IMG/VR virus record: IMGVR_UViG_3300033153_004222 | Span: 1 to 64,000 of that record | Strand: one strand, 5' to 3' | Origin: a virus | Length of the DNA stretch: 64,000 nt | Shown: positions 27,194 through 37,042 of the stretch, in pieces | Layout: every line of letters starts with the position of its first letter | How positions within the stretch are numbered: the first letter of the stretch is position 1 | Program-made: the position numbers and the translations under genes | The notes under the pieces: model-generated | What the model saw: only the letters and a program-made list of their open reading frames with translations | The model's database searches: none | Told to the model about the DNA's origin: nothing

Positions 27194-28183
27194 ATGAAAA
27201 TAACAGATGATAAGTATTTTGGATTGCATCTATTTACCCAAGAAGCAGATACAGATAACTCTATATTCCAATTCGTTATGAATTATTCAGGGATTATAAA
27301 GGAAACGATGGGAGATGAAGAAGGAAGTAAAGTATTGCTGGAGCTGTCGCTGTTATTGTTAGATAATGGTATGGCTAATATTACAATATCTCCTCAAGAT
27401 CCTGAAGCAGCGGCTAAAAAGCCAAGAGCAGAAAAAGCTTTGCGTACAATCACACATGATAATACAAATTACATGATAAAAGATGAGGTACAAGAACTTT
27501 CAAGCAGATTGAAACTAAAGAATTTTACTTTAAAGATTTTGGATAAGTTAGAAACGCAAAAATCAACCTATATATTAGATAAAAAATCTTTTTTTAGATT
27601 TTATAAGTTAGATAATTGTGTAGTAGGAGGATTTTTTAAAAAGTCTTATGAAACTGATACAGCTTTAAAAGAAGATCTTTCAGTTCTTGATGCTGCATTT
27701 GCAGGAATAGGAAAGCCAGGACTTCATTATAATGATTTATCAAATCAAATTGAATTTGGATTTGATTATTATTTATTCAAGTTAGATCTGGATGATTTTT
27801 CTATAGAGATAAATGATCAAAAATATTATAAAATGGATGATGAAAAGTTAAAACAGGATCCAGAATATCCTCGATTACTTCAATTTATTCAGTTGGTAAC
27901 ATTCATAAGTCTAAGTGAGTTAGAATTAAGAATTTTAGCTCCTAATATGAAATGTTCTAATCCTGGAGGAAGATTCCATAAAAAGATCATTAATGGAAGT
28001 ACAAGTGATGTTGTAATAGTAGGCAGTAAATGGAATACTATTTCTGTTAGAGAAGAAGGTTTTAAAGTGGCTGGATTTTTTAGACTACAGCCTTGTGGAA
28101 AAGGTAGACAAGATGTTAAACTAATCTTTGTAAACTCTTTTATGAAACATGGTTATATAAGAAGATTCAATCGGAAACAATAA
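27194..28183 (+). CDS. Hypothetical protein
   Basis: 329 aa; basic C-terminal VAGFFRLQPCGKGR..KLIFV motif. Confidence 0.65.
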   Translation: MKITDDKYFGLHLFTQEADTDNSIFQFVMNYSGIIKETMGDEEGSKVLLELSLLLLDNGMANITISPQDPEAAAKKPRAEKALRTITHDNTNYMIKDEVQELSSRLKLKNFTLKILDKLETQKSTYILDKKSFFRFYKLDNCVVGGFFKKSYETDTALKEDLSVLDAAFAGIGKPGLHYNDLSNQIEFGFDYYLFKLDLDDFSIEINDQKYYKMDDEKLKQDPEYPRLLQFIQLVTFISLSELELRILAPNMKCSNPGGRFHKKIINGSTSDVVIVGSKWNTISVREEGFKVAGFFRLQPCGKGRQDVKLIFVNSFMKHGYIRRFNRKQ

Positions 28184-28198
28184 CTAAAATTTAATAAA

Positions 28199-28618
28199 AT
28201 GGGAACAAGAAGTTTAACAAAAGTAATTCAGAAATGGGAAACTGAATCCGGTAAGGAGAAAAAAAGACCTATAATCAGTATGTATCGTCAATATGATGGT
28301 TATCCAGAAGGACATGGTATTGAATTAGCAGAATTTTTAGATGAATTTTCTGTAGTAAATGGTTTAGGATTAGATAAGGAGAAAAAAATAGCAAATGGAA
28401 TGGATTGTTTAGCTGCTCAGATAGTAGCTGAATTTAAAACAGGTCCAGGCGGTATTTATTTACAACACCCTGATACAACTGATGTGTGGGAACAATTTGT
28501 ATATGAAATAGAAGACACGGGTAAAGGTCTTTCTATTTCTATATACGATTCCTATGAAAAAGATGTAATATTTAAGGGAAGTCCTGAAGAATTAATTAAC
28601 AAATTTTATAAAGAATAA
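28199..28618 (+). CDS. Conserved phage hypothetical protein (MGTRS...YDGYP type)
   Basis: MGTRSLT, MYRQYDGYPEGHG, NGMDCLAAQ. Confidence 0.7.
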   Translation: MGTRSLTKVIQKWETESGKEKKRPIISMYRQYDGYPEGHGIELAEFLDEFSVVNGLGLDKEKKIANGMDCLAAQIVAEFKTGPGGIYLQHPDTTDVWEQFVYEIEDTGKGLSISIYDSYEKDVIFKGSPEELINKFYKE

Positions 28619-28620
28619 TT

Positions 28621-29265
28621 ATGGCAAATCATTGTTACAATTGGATCACTATCACAGGCGATAGTGATTCAATTCAAAAACTGATAGATAAATGTGAGCA
28701 GCCTGAAGTTCAAAATGAAAGCTTATGGTATAATACATATCATAAATTATTTCCTGATACAAATAAGAGGTATCCAGGAGCAGATGAAGAAGATAAATTT
28801 GATGTATATGAACAATACGGATCAAAATGGTTTGATTTAGGCATTGATTATCCCGCAGATAAAGAATATGTAAATATTATGGGAGATTCAGCCTGGTCGC
28901 CAATGGAACCTTTATGCCAAAAACTTTCACAAGCATATAACGTAGAGATTCGTATAGAATTTGAAGAAGGTGGTTGTGATTTTGGTGGTTTTGCTGTATA
29001 TGAGAATGGGATTGAAACTGAATCTGAAACTTATACCTACAGAACTTGGATGTATATAAATGATCCTCCATGTTTTATGGAAAATATAGCAGAGGAAATT
29101 CTTTGCGGTGATTATTATCAAGATTTAGATGATTTCAAAGAGAATGATAAGGAATGCTGGGATGTGATGAGTGTTAAGGACAAAAAAGAATTAAAGCTTA
29201 TCTTTGAAGAGTACGCACAACAAATAAAGCAGGAAGAAATTGATAAAAAGCAACTAAAAAAATAG
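28621..29265 (+). CDS. DUF1281/YubB-like ferredoxin-fold protein
   Basis: MANHCYN.ITITG, YGSKW, DSAWSP, FEEGGCDFGG. Confidence 0.7.
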   Translation: MANHCYNWITITGDSDSIQKLIDKCEQPEVQNESLWYNTYHKLFPDTNKRYPGADEEDKFDVYEQYGSKWFDLGIDYPADKEYVNIMGDSAWSPMEPLCQKLSQAYNVEIRIEFEEGGCDFGGFAVYENGIETESETYTYRTWMYINDPPCFMENIAEEILCGDYYQDLDDFKENDKECWDVMSVKDKKELKLIFEEYAQQIKQEEIDKKQLKK

Positions 29266-29613
29266 ATGAAAATGGAAAACAAGGTAAATAAAACAGAGTT
29301 TAAATTGGAAATTGAAATAGGTGAAATTGATGGAGCACATGGAATGGGATTTAGAGCGTTAGGAGATCCTCATTATTTAGAAGAAGCTATTATAGCTACT
29401 ATTAGATATGATATAGAGGAACCAGAATCAAGTCAAAAAGATGGGCAGAATAAATCTGCAATACTATTTCAAACAATTGCTGAAGCATATTTTACAGCAA
29501 TAACACAATTGGCTCATAAATCTGAATATGCAGATAAAATGCAGAAACAATTATCTGTGGTTCAAACAGGATTAATTGAAACTTATAATAGGCTGCATAA
29601 TGAAATTAAATAG
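29266..29613 (+). CDS. Hypothetical protein
   Basis: 115-aa ORF abutting the previous stop. Confidence 0.55.
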   Translation: MKMENKVNKTEFKLEIEIGEIDGAHGMGFRALGDPHYLEEAIIATIRYDIEEPESSQKDGQNKSAILFQTIAEAYFTAITQLAHKSEYADKMQKQLSVVQTGLIETYNRLHNEIK

Positions 29614-30046
29614 ACAAAATATGATGAAAATGCAGCTAATACATGACTTAGAAGAAATTTTAAGAACTATTCCTCTGGATGTAATTGAGGAAGATATTAA
29701 AATGAATGTAATTAATGATCAAGTAAAAGAATTATTATATTTTTTAATAGAAGCAAAAAATGAATTAGCAACTTCTGTAATCTATAGGGCTGATGGTAGT
29801 AAAGAATTAATCAGCCCTATCAATGGTAAAAACTTTCAATTAGAAGAACTACAAGAAATAGTAGGAGGATATATTGAAGTAATGCATTTACCCAATATGG
29901 GAAAAAAGATGATCCTCAATGAGGATGGTAAATCTTTAGAACTTCCTATAAATAGATTAGCGACAGAATTATTCAGAGATTCTTATCAAACCTCTGATAT
30001 AATAGTAGGAGATGCTTTAATATGTGATAATAAATTAATGAGATGA
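29600..30046 (+). CDS. DUF3846-like domain protein
   Basis: C-terminal LEELQEIVGGYIE...NEDGK..LPIN..AT...IVGDA; ATG at 29600 preferred. Confidence 0.7.
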   Translation: MKLNRQNMMKMQLIHDLEEILRTIPLDVIEEDIKMNVINDQVKELLYFLIEAKNELATSVIYRADGSKELISPINGKNFQLEELQEIVGGYIEVMHLPNMGKKMILNEDGKSLELPINRLATELFRDSYQTSDIIVGDALICDNKLMR

Positions 30047-30270
30047 ATAATATTACTAAAGGAGATTTGGTAAGAAAAGATGCAGGACTTGGTTTTTCCA
30101 TATTTGGTAATGTTATTAAAGTTTTTGAAAGACAAAATGAAGTGTTGATAAAGTGGTCAAATGATCCAGCTATCAAACATCAATTTAGTGTGGAAAAAAT
30201 AGAAGACATAACATTGTTATATAGTGGAAGTCAAGGAGCATCTTTAACTACTGATACTCATAAAAACTAA
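30043..30270 (+). CDS. Hypothetical SH3/KOW-like small protein
   Basis: KGDLVR...GNVIKV...VLIKW pattern. Confidence 0.5.
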   Translation: MNNITKGDLVRKDAGLGFSIFGNVIKVFERQNEVLIKWSNDPAIKHQFSVEKIEDITLLYSGSQGASLTTDTHKN

Positions 30271-30274
30271 AAAA

Positions 30275-30457
30275 ATGATTAATACGGAGTATTACGTATC
30301 CACTTGTTGTTATGACGAGGTGGAATTATATTTTAATAAAAAAACTAAATCAGAGGTAGGCATTTGTCAATCTTGCAAAAAATTTTGTAATTATGAAGAA
30401 GACGAAGAACACAGAGAGTACGAAAGTCCCTACTCAGACGAACCCTGGGACATGTGA
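30275..30457 (+). CDS. Small Cys-containing protein
   Basis: STCC...ICQSCKKFC zinc-ribbon-like. Confidence 0.55.
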   Translation: MINTEYYVSTCCYDEVELYFNKKTKSEVGICQSCKKFCNYEEDEEHREYESPYSDEPWDM

Positions 30458-30587
30458 AATATGTTTAGGAGATCAGCACATTACTTATATGCATGGCCAA
30501 GAAGAAAGAGATATGCCATGTCCATTATGTAATGATAAAACTGATCCTGAAGCAGAGAGATTAATGAATGGATGGCCTTTTAAATAA
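30393..30587 (+). CDS. Small CxxC...CxxC protein
   Basis: CEIC...CPLC. Confidence 0.5.
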   Translation: MKKTKNTESTKVPTQTNPGTCEICLGDQHITYMHGQEERDMPCPLCNDKTDPEAERLMNGWPFK

Positions 30588-30593
30588 AAAGAT

Positions 30594-31001
30594 ATGAAAA
30601 AAACATTAGAAAACTGGGAAAGTCCCCTCTCTCAAACAGAGGAATTAAAAGCTATTCAAGAAGCTATAACTAATATTTGCACAGAAATAGAGGCAGAATT
30701 AGAACTTGATCAAAAATGTACTTATATAACCTACACTCGACCTGAAATTAAATCAATAGATGTAGATAAAATAGGTGAGATGTATAAAAAACTGGATAGT
30801 TTAGGAAAAACAATAATGAAAAGTGAAGAATTTGATGTTTTTAAAGAACAACTCAAATTAAAACCTGTAACTGTAGTGGAACCTAAAATGTCTGTAATGA
30901 AACTAAATAGCACGGAGGCTATTATGGTTTTAAATACTATTTTAAAAATCTATAAAAGTAAAAAGGAAATTCTTTTACAAAAAATGGATTTGAAACTTTA
31001 A
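30594..31001 (+). CDS. Hypothetical protein
   Basis: 135-aa ORF. Confidence 0.55.
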   Translation: MKKTLENWESPLSQTEELKAIQEAITNICTEIEAELELDQKCTYITYTRPEIKSIDVDKIGEMYKKLDSLGKTIMKSEEFDVFKEQLKLKPVTVVEPKMSVMKLNSTEAIMVLNTILKIYKSKKEILLQKMDLKL

Positions 31002-31012
31002 AATTTAATAAA

Positions 31013-31273
31013 ATGGGATATTTTGAGAGTAAGTATTCTGATGTCGGAGAAGGCAGCAGAAAAGAAACAGCTAAAATGCTGTTAAGTTCTATGAGAGGAA
31101 GGCTCATAATGGGACAAGCATTAGCAATTGCTTCTAAGGTTATAATGAAAAGAGAACATCCTTATAAAGAAGAATCTAATGCAGCTGATATGAAATTTAT
31201 CGGAGAAGAATTATTTAGTCCTTTTTATAATATGTATACCGGGGAAGAGGAAAATATAAGAGAGCATAAATGA
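31013..31273 (+). CDS. Hypothetical protein
   Basis: 86-aa ORF coupled to the polymerase gene. Confidence 0.6.
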   Translation: MGYFESKYSDVGEGSRKETAKMLLSSMRGRLIMGQALAIASKVIMKREHPYKEESNAADMKFIGEELFSPFYNMYTGEEENIREHK

Positions 31274-33201
31274 TTCATTTTATAAGTAGCACAGAAAGAA
31301 CATTTGATAGTCCTAAAATACAACATAACCAAGTCAGCAAAGAAGACATATTTCAATATTGTACAACCAAAAAATTCCTCGGTGTAGATACTGAAACAGA
31401 AGGTCTTGACTTTCTTACTAAGAAAGTTGTTATGTTTCAAATAGGAGATAATGAAAATCAGTTTGTAATTGATACAAGAGATACTGATATTGAATTTCTT
31501 CGACCAATTTTGGAAGATAGAGGAATAACTAAAATCTTTCATAATGTCAAATTTGACTACAAGTTTATCAAGAAATGGTATGATATAACATGTGAAAATG
31601 TTTATGATACCATGTTAGGAGAACGAGTGCTAACTTGTGGCAAAGACGTTAAACCAGGACATCACAGCCTTGAACAGGTGTGTCGCAGAAGATTAGATAT
31701 TCAGCTGGATAAAGCTACCAGGAATAAGTTTATAGACTTACGGGGTAGGCCTTTTGAAGATCGCCTTATTATTTATGGAGCTCAAGATGTAGAGAATTTA
31801 ATAAAAATAAAGAATTTGCAAATGGAAGAAATTAATTCTTTTGATCTAAATAAACTTTTAGATCTTGAGAATGAAGTTGTCCTGGCATTTTCTGATATTG
31901 AATTCAACGGAATAGCTCTGAATAAGGATAGATGGACAGAAATAGCTGAAGATTATTCAGGAGAAATGAAAGTAGCCCAGGAAGAACTGGACAAAATTAT
32001 TATTTCTGATAAGAAATTTTCTTCTTTTTTGAACAAAAATGTTCAGTTAGACTTTTTTTCCTTAGTAAAGGATGTTGAAGTTCTGGTTAATTGGTCAAGT
32101 CCAATTCAGGTATTAAAGCTTTTTAAGGAGCTTATACCGACTTTAGAAGATGTAAATGGAAAGAATCTATATGTGTATAAAAATAGACATATACTGTTCT
32201 CTAAATATATATCTTATAAAGAGGTTGAAAAGAAGTCTAATGCTTATGGTTTGGATTTTTTAAAATATGTAAAGTCCGATGAGCGGATTCATACTTCTTT
32301 TAATCAAATTTTAAATACAGGAAGAGTAAGTAGCAGAAATCCAAACATGCAACAAATTCCTGCAGACAATAAATATCGTAATTGTTTTATAACTGGTAAA
32401 GAAGATTGGGTATTTGTATCTTCTGATTATAGTTCGCAAGAGCTGTGTATTATAGCATATGGATCTAAAGATCCGGTATGGCTACAAGCATTGGCTGATG
32501 GGAAAGATTTACATTCCGTATGTGCTGAGTTAGTTTATTCTTTCAGATGGAAGAAAGCAGCTTCGCCAGGATGTAAATACTATAAAAAAGATGCAGATGG
32601 AAAATTTTTAAAAGCCAAATGCGATTGTAAAGGGCATAAATTATTAAGGACAAGTGTAAAGACAATAAATTTTGGATTAGCGTATGGTATGTCTAAAGTC
32701 AAATTAGCTGACACCCTACAGATTTCTATAGGAGAATCAGATAGATTGATTAAGAAATATTTTAAAGCCTTTCCAAAAATCAAATTCTTTTTAAATTGTT
32801 TAGGAGAGTATGGTCTTGATAAAGGATATATCAAGACTTTTGCACCTTACAGAAGAATGAGATGGTATAGTTCCTGGCATAAAGGAATTAAAACAGATAA
32901 ATCTTTGAGAAAAGAACTTGGAATGATTGAACGGGCAAGTAAAAATACTCCAATACAAGGAACAGGAGCAGATATGTGTAAATATGCATTAATCTTGATA
33001 AGAGATTATATAGCTAAACATAAAATACCTGTAAAACTTGTAATGGCTGTGCATGATCAAATAGACACTATTGTCCATAAAGATTATGCTGATCAATGGA
33101 GTATAGAATTGAGTGAGTTGATGCAACAATCTACTCTAAATATCATACCAAGTGGTCTGTTAAAGGCTGATACTACAAAAAGCTCTTTCTGGGAAAAATA
33201 A
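31270..33201 (+). CDS. polA: Family A DNA polymerase with 3'-5' exonuclease
   Basis: Exo DTETEG, HNVKFD, YGAQDV; TGRVSSRNPNMQQIP; motif A DYSSQEL; motif B KTINFGLAYG; motif C VHDQI. Confidence 0.93.
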   Translation: MIHFISSTERTFDSPKIQHNQVSKEDIFQYCTTKKFLGVDTETEGLDFLTKKVVMFQIGDNENQFVIDTRDTDIEFLRPILEDRGITKIFHNVKFDYKFIKKWYDITCENVYDTMLGERVLTCGKDVKPGHHSLEQVCRRRLDIQLDKATRNKFIDLRGRPFEDRLIIYGAQDVENLIKIKNLQMEEINSFDLNKLLDLENEVVLAFSDIEFNGIALNKDRWTEIAEDYSGEMKVAQEELDKIIISDKKFSSFLNKNVQLDFFSLVKDVEVLVNWSSPIQVLKLFKELIPTLEDVNGKNLYVYKNRHILFSKYISYKEVEKKSNAYGLDFLKYVKSDERIHTSFNQILNTGRVSSRNPNMQQIPADNKYRNCFITGKEDWVFVSSDYSSQELCIIAYGSKDPVWLQALADGKDLHSVCAELVYSFRWKKAASPGCKYYKKDADGKFLKAKCDCKGHKLLRTSVKTINFGLAYGMSKVKLADTLQISIGESDRLIKKYFKAFPKIKFFLNCLGEYGLDKGYIKTFAPYRRMRWYSSWHKGIKTDKSLRKELGMIERASKNTPIQGTGADMCKYALILIRDYIAKHKIPVKLVMAVHDQIDTIVHKDYADQWSIELSELMQQSTLNIIPSGLLKADTTKSSFWEK

Positions 33202-33206
33202 ATATT

Positions 33207-33593
33207 ATGAAGAATAAGAAATATTTTTCTCGGCCTTTAATAAAGGTTGAGCAAACAGATGATTTTACAAAAATTAAAGACGAATCTGGAAATGTATTAA
33301 TTGAATGGGCTCTAAAAGACCTTATTCATATGGATACAAGAAAAGAACGAGATAATTATGTAAAATTAGCAAAGACGGATCCCAGATTACTATTATTAAA
33401 ATTAGGATATAATGAGTTTAAGAAACATCAGAAAGTATTTTATATACCAAATGATGTTCTTGAACCTGTTATCGTAGATGTTATTTTTAGAATAAGAATG
33501 TTATACGATGATTGTGCTGATTTAATAAATGTAAAAGATCCGAAAATAATTCATAGGTATATAGATTTAACCGATTTAGAACCTTTTAATTAA
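33207..33593 (+). CDS. Hypothetical protein
   Basis: 128-aa ORF. Confidence 0.55.
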   Translation: MKNKKYFSRPLIKVEQTDDFTKIKDESGNVLIEWALKDLIHMDTRKERDNYVKLAKTDPRLLLLKLGYNEFKKHQKVFYIPNDVLEPVIVDVIFRIRMLYDDCADLINVKDPKIIHRYIDLTDLEPFN

Positions 33594-33607
33594 GTAAATA
33601 TAAAATT

Positions 33608-34927
33608 ATGAATGCAGATCAAATTAAAGTTAAGGATAATATCCAAAGACAAGGTTTGAATCTCTGGTTTAAAAAAAACTGCAAAGGAACTTTGGAGTAT
33701 GCAACGGGTGTGGGTAAAAGTAGATGTGGAGTTTTAGCAGCAGAATATGTGGTATCACAAATTCCAGAGGCATCCATATTAATAATTACTCCTACTCAAG
33801 CAATTAGAGATGAAGCCTGGGTGGATGAATTTAAAAAATGGGGAGCATCGGAGGTACTGGAAAACAATGTAGATATACAATGTATTCAGACGGCTTATAA
33901 ATATGAAAGAAAACACTATGATTTAGTCATAGCGGATGAAGTTCATAATTATTTGCCTGAAGCTGGTAACAAAGATTTTCAACATTTTAAATTTTTTCAA
34001 AACAATGTTTATGATAAAATATTGGCATTAAGTGCCAGTATTGAAAATAAACTAAAACCCCGATTATGGGGAATTGCACCAATAGTTCATACAATATCAA
34101 CTACTGAGGCTTTAAAATTAGGATTAATTTCCTCATTTAAAGTTTTTAATGTAGGCTTGGAGCTTTCAGCTATAGACCGAAAGGACTATGATGAAGCGTC
34201 AAAGATATTTGATGAAACTTTTGATATTTTTAAAGATGGAAGAGGGTATAGAAATATACAAATTCTATTCAAATGTTTAAATCCTCATTTCTTCAAACAT
34301 TATTGTACTTCTCAAGGCTTTGGTCCTGATGAATACTATACTGTTAAAAATTGGCCTCATAGATGTAAAGATGCTATGAATGCCAGGAAGAACATTCTGT
34401 ATAAAGCAGGATGTAAACAAACAGCTATTGAAGAAATAGTAAAGATGTTTCCAAAAAGAAGAGGAATCATTTTTTCACAATCAATAGATTTTGTTGAGGA
34501 TGTAAAGCAAACTCTGGATCTGATAGATACAAATATATCCCATACATATCATTCTAAAATAACAAAAAAGAATAGAAAGATAGTATTGGATGATTTTAAT
34601 GATCTATCCACTCCAAGTAGAATTATTATTTCTGCATCTGCTTTGAATGAAGGCGTTAATTTAGAACAAATTTCTTTAGCTATTATAGCTTCTGGAACTT
34701 CTAAAGAAAAGGATTTTATTCAGAGATTAGGTAGAACTGTTCGATTGGAAGAAGATAAAGAGGCAATAATGGTTAGACTATACATAAAAAATAGTCAGGA
34801 AGAGAAATGGTTAGAAAGTAGCCAAGAGAATTTCCGAGGTGAGTTTTTAAATAACATTAATGAATTAAAATTTATAAATAATGCACAAAGGAGTAATATT
34901 ATTAACGAAAGCAGATACAGTATCTGA
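33608..34927 (+). CDS. Superfamily 2 (DExH) helicase
   Basis: ATGVGKS, IADEVH, LSAS, LNEGVN, QRLGRTVR. Confidence 0.9.
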   Translation: MNADQIKVKDNIQRQGLNLWFKKNCKGTLEYATGVGKSRCGVLAAEYVVSQIPEASILIITPTQAIRDEAWVDEFKKWGASEVLENNVDIQCIQTAYKYERKHYDLVIADEVHNYLPEAGNKDFQHFKFFQNNVYDKILALSASIENKLKPRLWGIAPIVHTISTTEALKLGLISSFKVFNVGLELSAIDRKDYDEASKIFDETFDIFKDGRGYRNIQILFKCLNPHFFKHYCTSQGFGPDEYYTVKNWPHRCKDAMNARKNILYKAGCKQTAIEEIVKMFPKRRGIIFSQSIDFVEDVKQTLDLIDTNISHTYHSKITKKNRKIVLDDFNDLSTPSRIIISASALNEGVNLEQISLAIIASGTSKEKDFIQRLGRTVRLEEDKEAIMVRLYIKNSQEEKWLESSQENFRGEFLNNINELKFINNAQRSNIINESRYSI

Positions 34928-35507
34928 GGCTCAAAATAATGTAGAAAACTTTTTAGAGTCTTATGGAGAAAGTAGAGTATGGGATTGGTATGTCATAGGA
35001 GGCAGATGGTCCGGTAGTTTAAATAAGCTTCATAAACAATTTTCAGAACTTGCAGAAGAAAGAGTCCCAGGAGATATGGGAGAATTTGGAAGAAGTTCAA
35101 AAAATGTAGAAGAAAATTCTGGACAATGGGAAACTATTTGGGAAGAAATAGGTGGAGAAGGAGAACATCCCTTTAATAGAGATTCCTATAAAAGTGCAGA
35201 ATATACAGATGATATCATACCATTAAAAAATTGTATTGATATTGTAAAGGAATGGGAGATTGATAGGTATGCTAAAGGAGATGAAGAGTATAAAGCTATG
35301 GTAAAGGCTTATACAGAAAAACCTAATCCGAAGCATCCTAATTCTCATAAATCTACAGCTGCTTATCATGCTAATATCTTTCATAATTTTATATGGGATT
35401 CATTTTCGTTTGATTCTAATACATATGATGTAGAAGAATGGACTAATGATGTTCCTGAAAAAGATATTGAAAAATATTGGGCTGTTATGATTGATATGCA
35501 CAATTAA
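34881..35507 (+). CDS. Conserved phage hypothetical protein
   Basis: MH N-terminus, WDWYVIGGRWSG, C-terminal DMHN. Confidence 0.65.
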   Translation: MHKGVILLTKADTVSEAQNNVENFLESYGESRVWDWYVIGGRWSGSLNKLHKQFSELAEERVPGDMGEFGRSSKNVEENSGQWETIWEEIGGEGEHPFNRDSYKSAEYTDDIIPLKNCIDIVKEWEIDRYAKGDEEYKAMVKAYTEKPNPKHPNSHKSTAAYHANIFHNFIWDSFSFDSNTYDVEEWTNDVPEKDIEKYWAVMIDMHN

Positions 35508-35681
35508 ATTGTGTATCTTTACCATAGGAGAAACGGAGGTATTCCCTTCAAATTTTAAGTAAAAAAAGTTAGTGAGTAAGCTCAAAGCCGACAGTATGAG
35601 GTTTACCGTGGGTGCTCGGCAGATCCCCTTGGCTTATAACTAACTTATTTTACAAATTATTCACAAATAAAATAGAAAAAA

Positions 35682-36347
35682 ATGGCAACATTAATTCAAA
35701 TTTTAGGTGAATCTGGATCAGGTAAAACTTATTCAATGCGGAACTTAGAGCCAAAGGAAACTCTTTATATCAATTGCGATAAAAAGAATATGCCTTTTCG
35801 TGGCTGGAGAGCTAAATTCTGCACAGAGAATAAGAATTATGTGGTAACTTCTGATATAAATATGATTTATACGTTATTGAAGAAGGTACATGCAGATCAA
35901 CCTCAAATTAAAGTGGTAGTAATAGACACTCTAAATTCTATTATGTCAGATAAAGAAATGTCTGAAAGGAAGAAAAAAGGATATGATAAATGGATGGACT
36001 TAGCAGGTGATATCTATGATTTATATCGTATGATTTCAACTTTAAGAGAAGACTTATCTGTATTTTGTTTAGCCCATACCGAAGATTTTACCGGTAAGGA
36101 TGGTTTAGGAAGACAAAGGTTAAAAACCAATGGTGCAAAATTAACCAAGCTAAATGTAGAAGGATTATCAACTTATACTTTATATACCTCTGTAATAAGA
36201 GGAGAGGAAGGGGTAAGTTACAAATTCTTAGTTCAAAATGATGGATCAAATACAGCAAGAAGTCCTGAAGGAGTTTTTGAAGATATACTGATTCCAAATG
36301 ATTTGGACAAAGTTGTAAGTAATATTCAAGAATACGAGAATGCGTAA
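35682..36347 (+). CDS. AAA_24 / Sak4-like ATPase (recombination or annealing)
   Basis: GESGSGKT, VVVIDT, LAH, NTARSPEG. Confidence 0.8.
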   Translation: MATLIQILGESGSGKTYSMRNLEPKETLYINCDKKNMPFRGWRAKFCTENKNYVVTSDINMIYTLLKKVHADQPQIKVVVIDTLNSIMSDKEMSERKKKGYDKWMDLAGDIYDLYRMISTLREDLSVFCLAHTEDFTGKDGLGRQRLKTNGAKLTKLNVEGLSTYTLYTSVIRGEEGVSYKFLVQNDGSNTARSPEGVFEDILIPNDLDKVVSNIQEYENA

Positions 36348-36377
36348 TTCAATTTTTAACAATCTAAATTTTAAAAT

Positions 36378-36965
36378 ATGTATAAATTAGATCAAAATGT
36401 TTCTGAAGAAAGCGGAGGAAACTATTTTAATGTAGGCATTTATGAAAATGTAAGCCTAAAAGAAATTACATTAGAGGAGGCAAGTAATGGTAATCCATTT
36501 TTAAAGTTCCACTTTGAAGGAGAAAATGGAGAAAAATTAAGCCATACTGAATGGCCTATAGCGGCTGATGATCAGAATTTTGAAAAGAAACTTAAAAACT
36601 TTCTAATCAGAATAAAACATATCAGTACAAAATTTGTTCCTGTAGAAAGTGTGGACATAAATGCTCCTGACTTTGATGCGTTTGCAAATAAAGTTATTGA
36701 GCTATTAACACCACATTTGCCTAACAATAAAGTTAGGATTAAATTGGTATATAATTATAGGAACTATGTTTCTCTTCCAAAATATGTTCCATTTATTGAA
36801 AAAATGGTAGTAGCTAAAACTGCATCAAGATTAAAACTTGATCCAGGATTTGATAAATTGGAAAAGGATGAAGGAACTGATCCTGTATTATCTACAGCAA
36901 ACGAAACACTCGTTTCTCCAACAAGTGGAACAACTGAAAGTTCGGAAGATGTTCTTCCGTTTTAG
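36378..36965 (+). CDS. Putative single-stranded DNA-binding protein
   Basis: Follows the Sak4-like gene; acidic tail ending EDVLPF. Confidence 0.65.
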   Translation: MYKLDQNVSEESGGNYFNVGIYENVSLKEITLEEASNGNPFLKFHFEGENGEKLSHTEWPIAADDQNFEKKLKNFLIRIKHISTKFVPVESVDINAPDFDAFANKVIELLTPHLPNNKVRIKLVYNYRNYVSLPKYVPFIEKMVVAKTASRLKLDPGFDKLEKDEGTDPVLSTANETLVSPTSGTTESSEDVLPF

Positions 36966-36992
36966 AGGTTGTTAAATTTTCAATGATTGAGG

Positions 36993-37026
36993 ATCCATAA
37001 TACCAGCAATGGTATTATGGATTTTC
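36993..37026 (+). terminator. Intrinsic terminator-like hairpin
   Basis: ATCCATAATACCA-gcaa-TGGTATTATGGAT followed by TTT. Confidence 0.65.
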
Positions 37027-37042
37027 TATAAAACAAAGGCTT

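Noticed and set aside
10648-33201. Introns or inteins in terL or polA
   Set aside because: Both ORFs are continuous and of normal size, with no intein splice motifs or homing endonuclease seen.
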